Virus record (IMG/VR): IMGVR_UViG_3300023235_000015
Span: 1 to 64,000 of that record
Length of the DNA stretch: 64,000 nt
DNA from: a virus
Direction: 5' to 3' (one strand)
Positions 20,010 to 25,714 of this stretch are shown one piece after another. The translations under genes and the position numbers were made by a program. The number at the start of each line of letters is the position of its first letter. Within the stretch, counting starts at the first letter, position 1. The notes beneath the pieces were generated by a model. That model saw only the letters and a list, made by a program, of their open reading frames with translations, was not told where the DNA came from and did not search any database.

Positions 20010-21410
20010 TTGATTGAGATAAAAGTCACAAACTTCATTGAGGTTAGGGGGCTACCTGATAAATGGGTAGCTTCTCTTGCTAAGCTGGTGTCAGTAGAAA
20101 ACGAGAAGAAGGCTACAGCGATAAGTGAACATACTTATGGCGCTGAATACCTACCTGATCGTTTGACCTACCTAGAAGATCAGGGTGATTACATTACGCT
20201 ACCTCTAGGCTTTGAGAAAGAGCTTACAACGCGCCTGACTGAGACTAAGACACCTTACAAAAGACTTAGATGTACTAATTTTGTATCGTCAAAATCTTAT
20301 ACAGATCATGATACTATTGCCCTTAGAGATAGACAGCCAGAAGCTAAACAAGCTATGCTAGACAATAAGCATGGACTTATTATGGCTTCTCCCGGCTTTG
20401 GCAAAACTACAGTTGGCCTTCACGCTATTTTAGAAATAGGTCAAAGAACAATAATCTTAGTTGACAAAACTGAGCTAGCTAAACAGTGGATAGTTCGCGC
20501 CAAAGAACAATTTGGTATTGATATAGGTCTTATTGGAGATAACCAATGGAACGAGCAAGACATTACAGTAGCTACGCTTCAAACTCTAAGGTCTAGAGAA
20601 GAACAGCTAAACAATGAAAACTTTTGGGATAGATGGGGAGTTGTTGTATATGATGAATCGCATCATGCTGGTAGCTCAGATAGCTACTTTAATATTGTCA
20701 GTAAGTTTAAAGCTGATCGTAGGTACGGCCTTTCAGCTACTAAAGGAAAGAGCCAACAGAAATCAAAGGTGGCCGAACTAGTATTTGGCCCTGTTTTATT
20801 TGAAGATAAAACAAATCAACTTATTCCTACTGTACACAGAGTAAAAACTAATTTTCAATTTGAATATCGTGGTACAGATATTATCAATGGAAAGCGCGTA
20901 CAGAATAATTACCAAGCTATGATAAAAGAACTTATCGCTGACATAGATAGAAATAAATTAATTGCGTCTAAGATAAATAACGAACCTAACTGCGCTCATC
21001 TAGTTATATCAAGGCGGCTACAGCACCTAGAGGACGTTCAAAGCGCCGTAATAGAGGCTGGCTTCGATCCTAAGCGGTGTTTTATGCTTACAGGCAAGGA
21101 ATCCTCAGACCGACGCTTAGAGGTCGGGAGAATGGCTGACAGCGGCTCTATCGCTATATTTTCAACCGTAGCTGACGAGGGATTGGATATCCCGCGCCTA
21201 GACAGAATACACTTACCATTTCCATCTAAGAATCATGAGACAACTAGACAACAAGTAGGTAGAGGTTTAAGAAACCATCCTGATAAAGATGAAACTATTA
21301 TCTATGATTATGTTGATTTAGAAGTATCTGTAATGCGCAATCAATGGAGAAACCGTTTGAATAGATATTACCGTCCAAACAAATTTCCCATTGAATCTTA
21401 CGAATTTTAG
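20010..21410 (+). CDS. superfamily 2 DNA helicase (UvsW/ResIII-like)
   Basis: SPGFGKT, DESHH, GLSAT, EGLDIP and QQVGRGLR motifs. Confidence 0.9.
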   Translation: MIEIKVTNFIEVRGLPDKWVASLAKLVSVENEKKATAISEHTYGAEYLPDRLTYLEDQGDYITLPLGFEKELTTRLTETKTPYKRLRCTNFVSSKSYTDHDTIALRDRQPEAKQAMLDNKHGLIMASPGFGKTTVGLHAILEIGQRTIILVDKTELAKQWIVRAKEQFGIDIGLIGDNQWNEQDITVATLQTLRSREEQLNNENFWDRWGVVVYDESHHAGSSDSYFNIVSKFKADRRYGLSATKGKSQQKSKVAELVFGPVLFEDKTNQLIPTVHRVKTNFQFEYRGTDIINGKRVQNNYQAMIKELIADIDRNKLIASKINNEPNCAHLVISRRLQHLEDVQSAVIEAGFDPKRCFMLTGKESSDRRLEVGRMADSGSIAIFSTVADEGLDIPRLDRIHLPFPSKNHETTRQQVGRGLRNHPDKDETIIYDYVDLEVSVMRNQWRNRLNRYYRPNKFPIESYEF

Positions 21411-21779
21411 TATATCATATAGGCAGGATTCTGTTTTTCAGTCAATCATCTGTCTCAGTGTTGCTCTCGCTTTTCAGCGCACTTAGCTCCCTCAATAGGA
21501 AGTGCATACTGGCCGCATCTTTACATGGTGGCTGCTCTCTACCTTCATTCCTCAAAGTTTTCGGCATCTTAGTTTTCACGCCACTATGATTAGTCCTTAC
21601 AGGAAATATTTTGAGATTGCATACCCTGCTTAACGTCTTTTCTACTTATTGGTAAATAGCGGGTTTCCCCTCCCAAAGCGGATAAGTCATTTTATATTAG
21701 GTTAGCCCTAACAGGGTTGTCCTGACCTTCCTCGACAATGAATTTGAGCCATATGCCGCGACTGACCAGATATACTAAA
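21406..21779 (-). ncRNA. rnpB: RNase P RNA (bacterial-type ribozyme)
   Basis: CR I GAGGAAGGUCAGGAC (21733-21719) and CR V ACAGAAUCCUGCCUA (21434-21420) form P4 with the bulged U. P1 is 11 bp (UUUAGUAUAUC/GAUAUACUAAA). P2 is GUCAGUC/GAUUGAC. CR IV AGACAGAUG. P15 UCUC/GAGA with L15 GGUA. Confidence 0.9.
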
Positions 21780-21829
21780 TAGGAGTGGTGGGAATCGAAC
21801 CCAACGTATTATCTGTAACCATTACCCCT
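21780..21829 (-). ncRNA. minimal tRNA-like element (acceptor stem + T-arm, no anticodon arm)
   Basis: AGGGGU...ACUCCU A acceptor stem, UGGG-UUCGAUU-CCCA T-arm, AAUGGUU D-loop-like stretch. Confidence 0.5.
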
Positions 21830-21833
21830 TAAG

Positions 21834-21858
21834 TACTGCCGTCTGGATTTGAACCAGA
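21834..21858 (-). pseudogene. tRNA 3'-half remnant
   Basis: UCUGG-UUCAAAU-CCAGA-CGGCAGU-A directly after the HNH stop codon, with no good 5' half. Confidence 0.55.
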
Positions 21859-22248
21859 TTAAAGCCTTCCGTCTAGGTATTTATTTTTATACCAGTCGTT
21901 TTCTTCTATGTGAAATATGTGGTGACAATTCCTGCATAAGACTTCGCATTTATTTATTTCATCTAAAATGCGTTGTTGAGCTATTTGTTTATGCGGCGCG
22001 TCAAATAAGCCGAATGATTTTTCGCCTCTTATATGGTGAAAGTCCAAACACCGAATATCTTTTTGACCACACTCACCACAAGGGTTGGTTGATAAATATT
22101 CGCACAGAAAAATTTGAATTTCTCTAGTTCGTTTAGCTTTTTGAATCTTAACTCTAGCTTTTTGTTTCTTTTTGTTCTTCTGATACCAGTCTCTTTGGTA
22201 CTGGCGATTTCGTTTTCGTTGCTCTAAATTATTAGGATCGTATGACAT
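21859..22248 (-). CDS. HNH endonuclease
   Basis: CGECG...LDFHH...KCEVLCRNCH..FH. Confidence 0.9.
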   Translation of the reverse strand: MSYDPNNLEQRKRNRQYQRDWYQKNKKKQKARVKIQKAKRTREIQIFLCEYLSTNPCGECGQKDIRCLDFHHIRGEKSFGLFDAPHKQIAQQRILDEINKCEVLCRNCHHIFHIEENDWYKNKYLDGRL

Positions 22249-22254
22249 AACTGT

Positions 22255-22263
22255 ATTATATCA
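22255..22263 (-). promoter_or_regulatory. extended -10 promoter (leaderless HNH mRNA)
   Basis: TGATATAAT ends 6 nt before the ATG at 22248. Confidence 0.6.
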
Positions 22264-22281
22264 AGTTATAAGATCAATTCA

Positions 22282-22357
22282 TAGGGAAGGCGGGGATTGA
22301 ACCCGCGTGAACCAATTACCCTTTCAACTGCATATAAGACAGAGGGGATACTTCCCA
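22282..22357 (-). tRNA. non-canonical tRNA-Ile(UAU)-like RNA lacking a D-arm
   Basis: Acceptor GGGAAG/CUUCCC, arm CUGU-CUUAUAU-GCAG extended by CCCU/AGGG, T-arm GCGGG-UUCAAUC-CCCGC. Confidence 0.6.
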
Positions 22358-22396
22358 ACGATTAAAGACTCTGTTATAGAGTCTTTGGTAATACAA

Positions 22397-22468
22397 TAGG
22401 ATATAAAGGTTATGCTCCTTTTTCTCTGCCTTATCAGAGCAGCGTCTTAACTAGTGGACAAATATCCA
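22397..22468 (-). tRNA. tRNA-Ile(GAU)
   Basis: Cloverleaf, anticodon loop CUGAUAA, atypical T-loop AGCAUAA, U1.U72. Confidence 0.8.
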
Positions 22469-22481
22469 ATGTGTAAATAAG

Positions 22482-22554
22482 TGGAGCTAATAGGATTCGA
22501 ACCTACATAAAATACGTTGCAAACGTATCGCCTTGCCAATCGAGCCATAACCCC
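22482..22554 (-). tRNA. tRNA-Ala(UGC)
   Basis: Cloverleaf, G3.U70, loop UUUGCAA. Confidence 0.92.
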
Positions 22555-22570
22555 TTGATAAATTTTTAAG

Positions 22571-22643
22571 TGGTCAATCAGGGATTCGAACCCCGGACCT
22601 TCCGCATGTAAAACGGCTGCGCTACCAACTGCGCCAATCGACC
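22571..22643 (-). tRNA. tRNA-Val(UAC)
   Basis: Cloverleaf, loop UUUACAU. Confidence 0.92.
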
Positions 22644-22679
22644 TTAAATTTTACTTCTTGACTTTCTTTTTCTTAACGT

Positions 22680-22740
22680 ATTCGAACCTATGCTTTCTTG
22701 GTATGTAACACCAAAGCTCTACCTACTGAGCTAATCGGGT
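22680..22740 (-). pseudogene. truncated tRNA-Val(UAC)
   Basis: Intact D- and anticodon arms and GGUUCGAAU, but the 3' T-stem strand and 3' acceptor strand are absent. Confidence 0.7.
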
Positions 22741-22753
22741 ATGTAATTTTTAA

Positions 22754-22826
22754 AGCGCCTATTTGGATTCGAACCAAAATCTTCGACCTTCGTAGAGTCG
22801 TGTGTTATCCATTACACTATAGACGC
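22754..22826 (-). tRNA. tRNA-Arg(ACG)
   Basis: Cloverleaf, loop CUACGAA. Confidence 0.92.
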
Positions 22827-22871
22827 ATATGTAGGTTACTTTGAAGTAGAGCGTATACCTACAATACTCTA

Positions 22872-22944
22872 CACCCCTACTAGGATTCGAACCTAGACCT
22901 AACGACTTAGAAGATCGTTGCATTATCCATTGTGCTATAGAGGT
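22872..22944 (-). tRNA. tRNA-Arg(UCU)
   Basis: Cloverleaf, loop CUUCUAA. Confidence 0.92.
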
Positions 22945-23016
22945 ATATTGCTAGTCACAAAAAGTAGCTATTTTTTTACTAGCTCTTACATGAGAGGATA
23001 AGTCAATGTAAGTAAG

Positions 23017-23087
23017 CAGGAAATAAAGGGATCGAACCTTTGTTTGCAGGTTTGGAATCTGCCGTGATGCCATTACACTAATCTCCT
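23017..23087 (-). tRNA. tRNA-Trp(CCA)
   Basis: Cloverleaf, loop UUCCAAA. Confidence 0.9.
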
Positions 23088-23102
23088 ATATTTAATTTTT
23101 AG

Positions 23103-23174
23103 CTGATCCAGAAGGATTCGAACCTTCATTTTTCTGCTTAACAGGCATACGCATTTCCATTATGCTACAGATCA
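23103..23174 (-). tRNA. tRNA-Asn(GUU)
   Basis: Cloverleaf, loop CUGUUAA. Confidence 0.88.
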
Positions 23175-23187
23175 ATGTTTACTACAG

Positions 23188-23269
23188 TATCGCATATAGG
23201 ATTCGAACCTATTCACCCGAAGGAACAGTTTTACAGACTGCCATGACTCTCCAACTTCATCGCTACGAT
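23188..23269 (-). tRNA. tRNA-Tyr(GUA)
   Basis: Cloverleaf with variable arm CC-UUCG-GG, loop CUGUAAA. Confidence 0.9.
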
Positions 23270-23282
23270 ATGTTTTACTTCA

Positions 23283-23354
23283 TGATTCCTGATGGATTCG
23301 CACCACCGACGCGCAACGCTTCAAGATGCCGCTCTACTCCTGAGCTAAGGAACC
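23283..23354 (-). tRNA. tRNA-Phe(GAA)
   Basis: Cloverleaf, loop UUGAAGC, T-loop UGCGAAU. Confidence 0.85.
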
Positions 23355-23367
23355 GTATTTAATTAAG

Positions 23368-23440
23368 GGCGAACAGAGGAATTCGAATCCTCATTTTCTT
23401 GGATCACAACCAAGGGCATTAACCGTTATGCTATGTTCGC
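23368..23440 (-). tRNA. tRNA-His(GUG)
   Basis: Cloverleaf, loop UUGUGAU, C73, genomic -1 base is U rather than G. Confidence 0.9.
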
Positions 23441-23442
23441 AG

Positions 23443-23518
23443 TACGCTCGGAAGGAATCGAACCTTCAAAATCTCTTGTGTCTAAGACAAGCGGCTTTGC
23501 CAGTTTGCCCACAAGCGC
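23443..23518 (-). tRNA. tRNA-Leu(UAG), short variable arm
   Basis: Cloverleaf, loop CUUAGAC. Confidence 0.9.
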
Positions 23519-23535
23519 ATGTTATTTTTACTTCA

Positions 23536-23606
23536 ATCACCGGCTAGGATTCGAACCCAGATAAGATGCCCCAAAAACATCTGTCTTACCGTTAGACGAC
23601 CAGTGA
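23536..23606 (-). tRNA. tRNA-Gln(UUG)
   Basis: Cloverleaf, loop UUUUGGG. Confidence 0.88.
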
Positions 23607-23609
23607 ACA

Positions 23610-23681
23610 TTGCTTAGAATGGATTCGAACCACTATCCCTAGATTCAGAGTCTAGTCACTTACCAATTAGTGTACCAAGCA
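23610..23681 (-). tRNA. tRNA-Gln(CUG)
   Basis: Cloverleaf, loop CUCUGAA. Confidence 0.9.
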
Positions 23682-23695
23682 TTATTTTTACTACA

Positions 23696-23767
23696 AGCCT
23701 AAATACGGAATCGAACCGTAATTATCTGATTACAAAACAGAGGTAATAGCCGTTATACTATTCAGGC
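23696..23767 (-). tRNA. tRNA-Thr(UGU)
   Basis: Cloverleaf, loop UUUGUAA. Confidence 0.9.
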
Positions 23768-23798
23768 GTATGTTGTTCATACATTATACCATACTTCA

Positions 23799-23882
23799 AG
23801 GAAGGGCAGAGATTCGAACTCTGAGGGCTGTTACGCCTAGCTGTTTTCAAAACAGTGTCCTTAACCAATTCGGATACCTTCC
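23799..23882 (-). tRNA. tRNA-Ser(UGA)
   Basis: Cloverleaf with long variable arm, loop UUUGAAA. Confidence 0.9.
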
Positions 23883-23897
23883 ATATTTAATTTTAAG

Positions 23898-23981
23898 CGG
23901 AATACTCAGGGTTCGAACCTGAAGGGCTTTTATGCCTTGTCTCTTTAGCAAAGAGAGTCCTGTCCAATTCGGTTGTATTCC
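23898..23981 (-). tRNA. tRNA-Ser(GCU)
   Basis: Cloverleaf with long variable arm, loop UUGCUAA. Confidence 0.9.
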
Positions 23982-24038
23982 AGATGCCATACCAGTGTAG
24001 CAGATTGTATGCTAGACGGTATGGAGTTTAGTACTTCA

Positions 24039-24111
24039 TGGCGGGTATCGGTGCCGCCCCGATTCCTAGAGCTTATGAGACTCCCGACTTATCTACCTTG
24101 TCCTACCCGCT
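24039..24111 (-). tRNA. tRNA-Met(CAU), possibly initiator-like
   Basis: Loop CUCAUAA, A1.C72 mismatch, atypical T-loop GGCGGCA. Confidence 0.8.
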
Positions 24112-24122
24112 TTGTATGTTAC

Positions 24123-24152
24123 ATTATATCAAATGATAAGGAGTAGCGTCAA
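24123..24152 (-). promoter_or_regulatory. sigma70-type promoter inside the tRNA array
   Basis: TTGACG-N18-TATAAT with TG extension. Confidence 0.7.
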
Positions 24153-24346
24153 CCTTTAATCTAAGTTCTTAATATTAGAGTAGCTTACACCAGACTTCTA
24201 CTGGTTCCTACATAAGTTATAAAAGTTATAAAGAAATATAAAAGGTATCGGGCGGGAGGTACATATTGCGCCATATGCTTCCTCACATTATTCTCAGTAG
24301 AGATTTTTATATTAACCTGCTAGCGGTAGGTCGTCCGATGTTATAG

Positions 24347-24429
24347 TACCCTTACTAGGATTCGAACCTAGACGCATATTTCAGCAGTTGGGCTTAAACC
24401 AACCGTGTCTACCATTTCACCATAAGGGC
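24347..24429 (-). tRNA. tRNA-Leu(UAA)
   Basis: Cloverleaf with variable arm, loop UUUAAGC. Confidence 0.9.
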
Positions 24430-24439
24430 TTATGTAAAA

Positions 24440-24513
24440 TGCTGCTACTAGGATTCGAACCTAGACTTTACCGCGTTTGAAACGGCTTCCTCTACCAATT
24501 GGGATATAACAGC
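24440..24513 (-). tRNA. tRNA-Leu(CAA), short variable arm
   Basis: Cloverleaf, loop UUCAAAC. Confidence 0.88.
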
Positions 24514-24522
24514 TTATGTAAA

Positions 24523-24555
24523 TCAGACTAACAGGATTTGAACCTATATAATCTT
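24523..24555 (-). pseudogene. tRNA(Pro-like) 3' fragment/minihelix
   Basis: AGAUUA-U-AUAGG-UUCAAAU-CCUGU-UAGUCUG-A. Confidence 0.55.
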
Positions 24556-24557
24556 AA

Positions 24558-24628
24558 TCGGAATACGTGGAGTCGAACCACGGCTTCTAAGTTCCAAACC
24601 TAGGGTGCTACCGTAACACCTTATTCCG
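24558..24628 (-). tRNA. tRNA-Pro(UGG)
   Basis: Cloverleaf, C1-G72, loop UUUGGAA. Confidence 0.9.
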
Positions 24629-25010
24629 TTATGAAACGTGAGCTTGTTCTAATTGCGTGACAATTGGCACAAACTAATTCACATTTACTAATTTCTTTTG
24701 ATATCTTTTCTATACCGAAACCTCTTGCGACCATGTTACCAACATTGAATTCTTTATCATTTTCAATATGATCCCAATGCATTACTATAGGTGGGTATGT
24801 ATTGTCGCAATCTGTACAAGGGCCGGACTTTATTTTGTTCGACCATTCTCTTAAGTCTTTACGCCTTGATTTATTTTGTGAAGCCCTTTTGCCTTTATCA
24901 GACTCGTAGCGTTCCTTATCATAAACTTTAACGCAAATCCTACACCAAGATTGTCCCTTATTAAATTCTGATTCTGTTTTAGTCTTAGTACATCTAGAGC
25001 AGTTCTTCAT
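24621..25010 (-). CDS. HNH endonuclease with N-terminal zinc finger
   Basis: CSRC..CRIC and CTDC...MHWDH...KCELVCANCH. The stop codon lies inside tRNA-Pro. Confidence 0.9.
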   Translation of the reverse strand: MKNCSRCTKTKTESEFNKGQSWCRICVKVYDKERYESDKGKRASQNKSRRKDLREWSNKIKSGPCTDCDNTYPPIVMHWDHIENDKEFNVGNMVARGFGIEKISKEISKCELVCANCHAIRTSSRFITE

Positions 25011-25016
25011 AAATGA

Positions 25017-25044
25017 AATATACCATATTTGGAAACTTTGTCAA
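25017..25044 (-). promoter_or_regulatory. sigma70-type promoter (leaderless HNH mRNA)
   Basis: TTGACA-N16-TATATT with TG extension, 6 nt before the ATG at 25010. Confidence 0.6.
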
Positions 25045-25058
25045 ATGTTCCAAATAAA

Positions 25059-25130
25059 TTGCCGGTATGGGTAACGATCCCATTTCTGAAAGTTAAGAGC
25101 TTCCTGCATCACCATTAATGCTTACCAGCT
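25059..25130 (-). tRNA. tRNA-Lys(CUU)
   Basis: Cloverleaf, loop CUCUUAA, T-loop AUCGUUA, A1.A72. Confidence 0.82.
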
Positions 25131-25138
25131 ATGTAAAG

Positions 25139-25210
25139 CGGTTCATGAGGGTTACGATCCCTCTTATTCTGATCGACAATCAGATGTAATAACCAGTATA
25201 CGAATGAACC
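25139..25210 (-). tRNA. tRNA-Asp(GUC)
   Basis: Cloverleaf, loop UUGUCGA, T-loop AUCGUAA. Confidence 0.88.
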
Positions 25211-25213
25211 AAA

Positions 25214-25288
25214 TGGTACGGAATAAGAGAATTGAACTCTTGTTTCAAGGATGAAAACCTCGCGTATTCTCCACTATACTAATCCCGC
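25214..25288 (-). tRNA. tRNA-Glu(UUC)
   Basis: Cloverleaf, loop UUUUCAU, encoded CCA. Confidence 0.9.
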
Positions 25289-25301
25289 GTAAATTTTAAA
25301 A

Positions 25302-25374
25302 AGCATCATTAGAGATTCGAACTCTATTCTCTTGGGTGGAAGCCAAGTATGTCAACCATTTCTACTTATGATGC
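25302..25374 (-). tRNA. tRNA-Gly(UCC)
   Basis: Cloverleaf, loop CUUCCAC, U73. Confidence 0.88.
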
Positions 25375-25377
25375 ATA

Positions 25378-25449
25378 TTGCCCCTGAGTGACTTGCACAC
25401 TCGCCCCAAGGCTTAAAAGGCCCGGATCTACTTGTTGAATTAAGGAGCT
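25378..25449 (-). tRNA. tRNA-Lys(UUU)
   Basis: Loop CUUUUAA, T-arm GAGUG-UGCAAGU-CACUC, weak D-stem, A1.A72. Confidence 0.75.
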
Positions 25450-25461
25450 TCGTTTACTAAG

Positions 25462-25539
25462 TGGAGAAGAAGGGTATCGAACCCTTGTCTTAGAGAGCGC
25501 ACTTCGGCAGTAACTCTAATCGAATCCTATCGCTTCCCC
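25462..25539 (-). ncRNA. ssrA: mini-tmRNA: tRNA-like domain only, no mRNA-like domain
   Basis: GGGGAAG/CUUCUCC-A acceptor with G3.U70, stemless D-loop CGAUAGGAUUCGA, P2 UUAGAG/CUCUAA closed by 18 nt, GAC linker, T-arm AAGGG-UUCGAUA-CCCUU. Confidence 0.75.
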
Positions 25540-25570
25540 GTGTTTTCCTACAGTTGATACCTGTTCGTAC

Positions 25571-25579
25571 ATTATAGCA
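25571..25579 (-). promoter_or_regulatory. extended -10 promoter upstream of the mini-tmRNA
   Basis: TGCTATAAT. Confidence 0.55.
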
Positions 25580-25602
25580 CAGATGCCCCGCGCCGTGTAG
25601 AG

Positions 25603-25674
25603 AGATTGAGAAAGGATTCGAACCTTCATAAGACAGGGTTGCAGCCTGCCGCGTCACCATTCCGCCACTCAATC
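25603..25674 (-). tRNA. tRNA-Cys(GCA)
   Basis: Cloverleaf, loop CUGCAAC, U73. Confidence 0.92.
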
Positions 25675-25685
25675 GTGTTCTAGGT

Positions 25686-25714
25686 ACTATACAGGGTCGC
25701 GCGGAGAATGTCAA
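25686..25714 (-). promoter_or_regulatory. sigma70-type promoter heading the tRNA array
   Basis: TTGACA-N17-TATAGT. Confidence 0.75.

Noticed and set aside
22830-22872. Theta/HDV-like ribozyme after tRNA-Arg
   Set aside because: P1/P2 topology is present, but only 5 nt lie where P3-L3 should be and there is no P1.1 or catalytic-C context.
25462-25539. Permuted two-piece tmRNA or ordinary tRNA-Ala
   Set aside because: The 5' and 3' acceptor strands are in normal order, with no adjacent coding piece, no D-stem and no 7-nt anticodon loop.
22480-25680. Periodic GGATTCGAACC motif resembling a CRISPR array
   Set aside because: It is the reverse complement of tRNA T-arms. The units fold as cloverleaves and there are no identical direct repeats.
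21849-25714. Track ORFs 21849-22127(+), 23162-23362(+) and 25490-25714(-)
   Set aside because: They are antisense to an HNH gene or overlap tRNA/tmRNA-like genes, and have no protein-like features.
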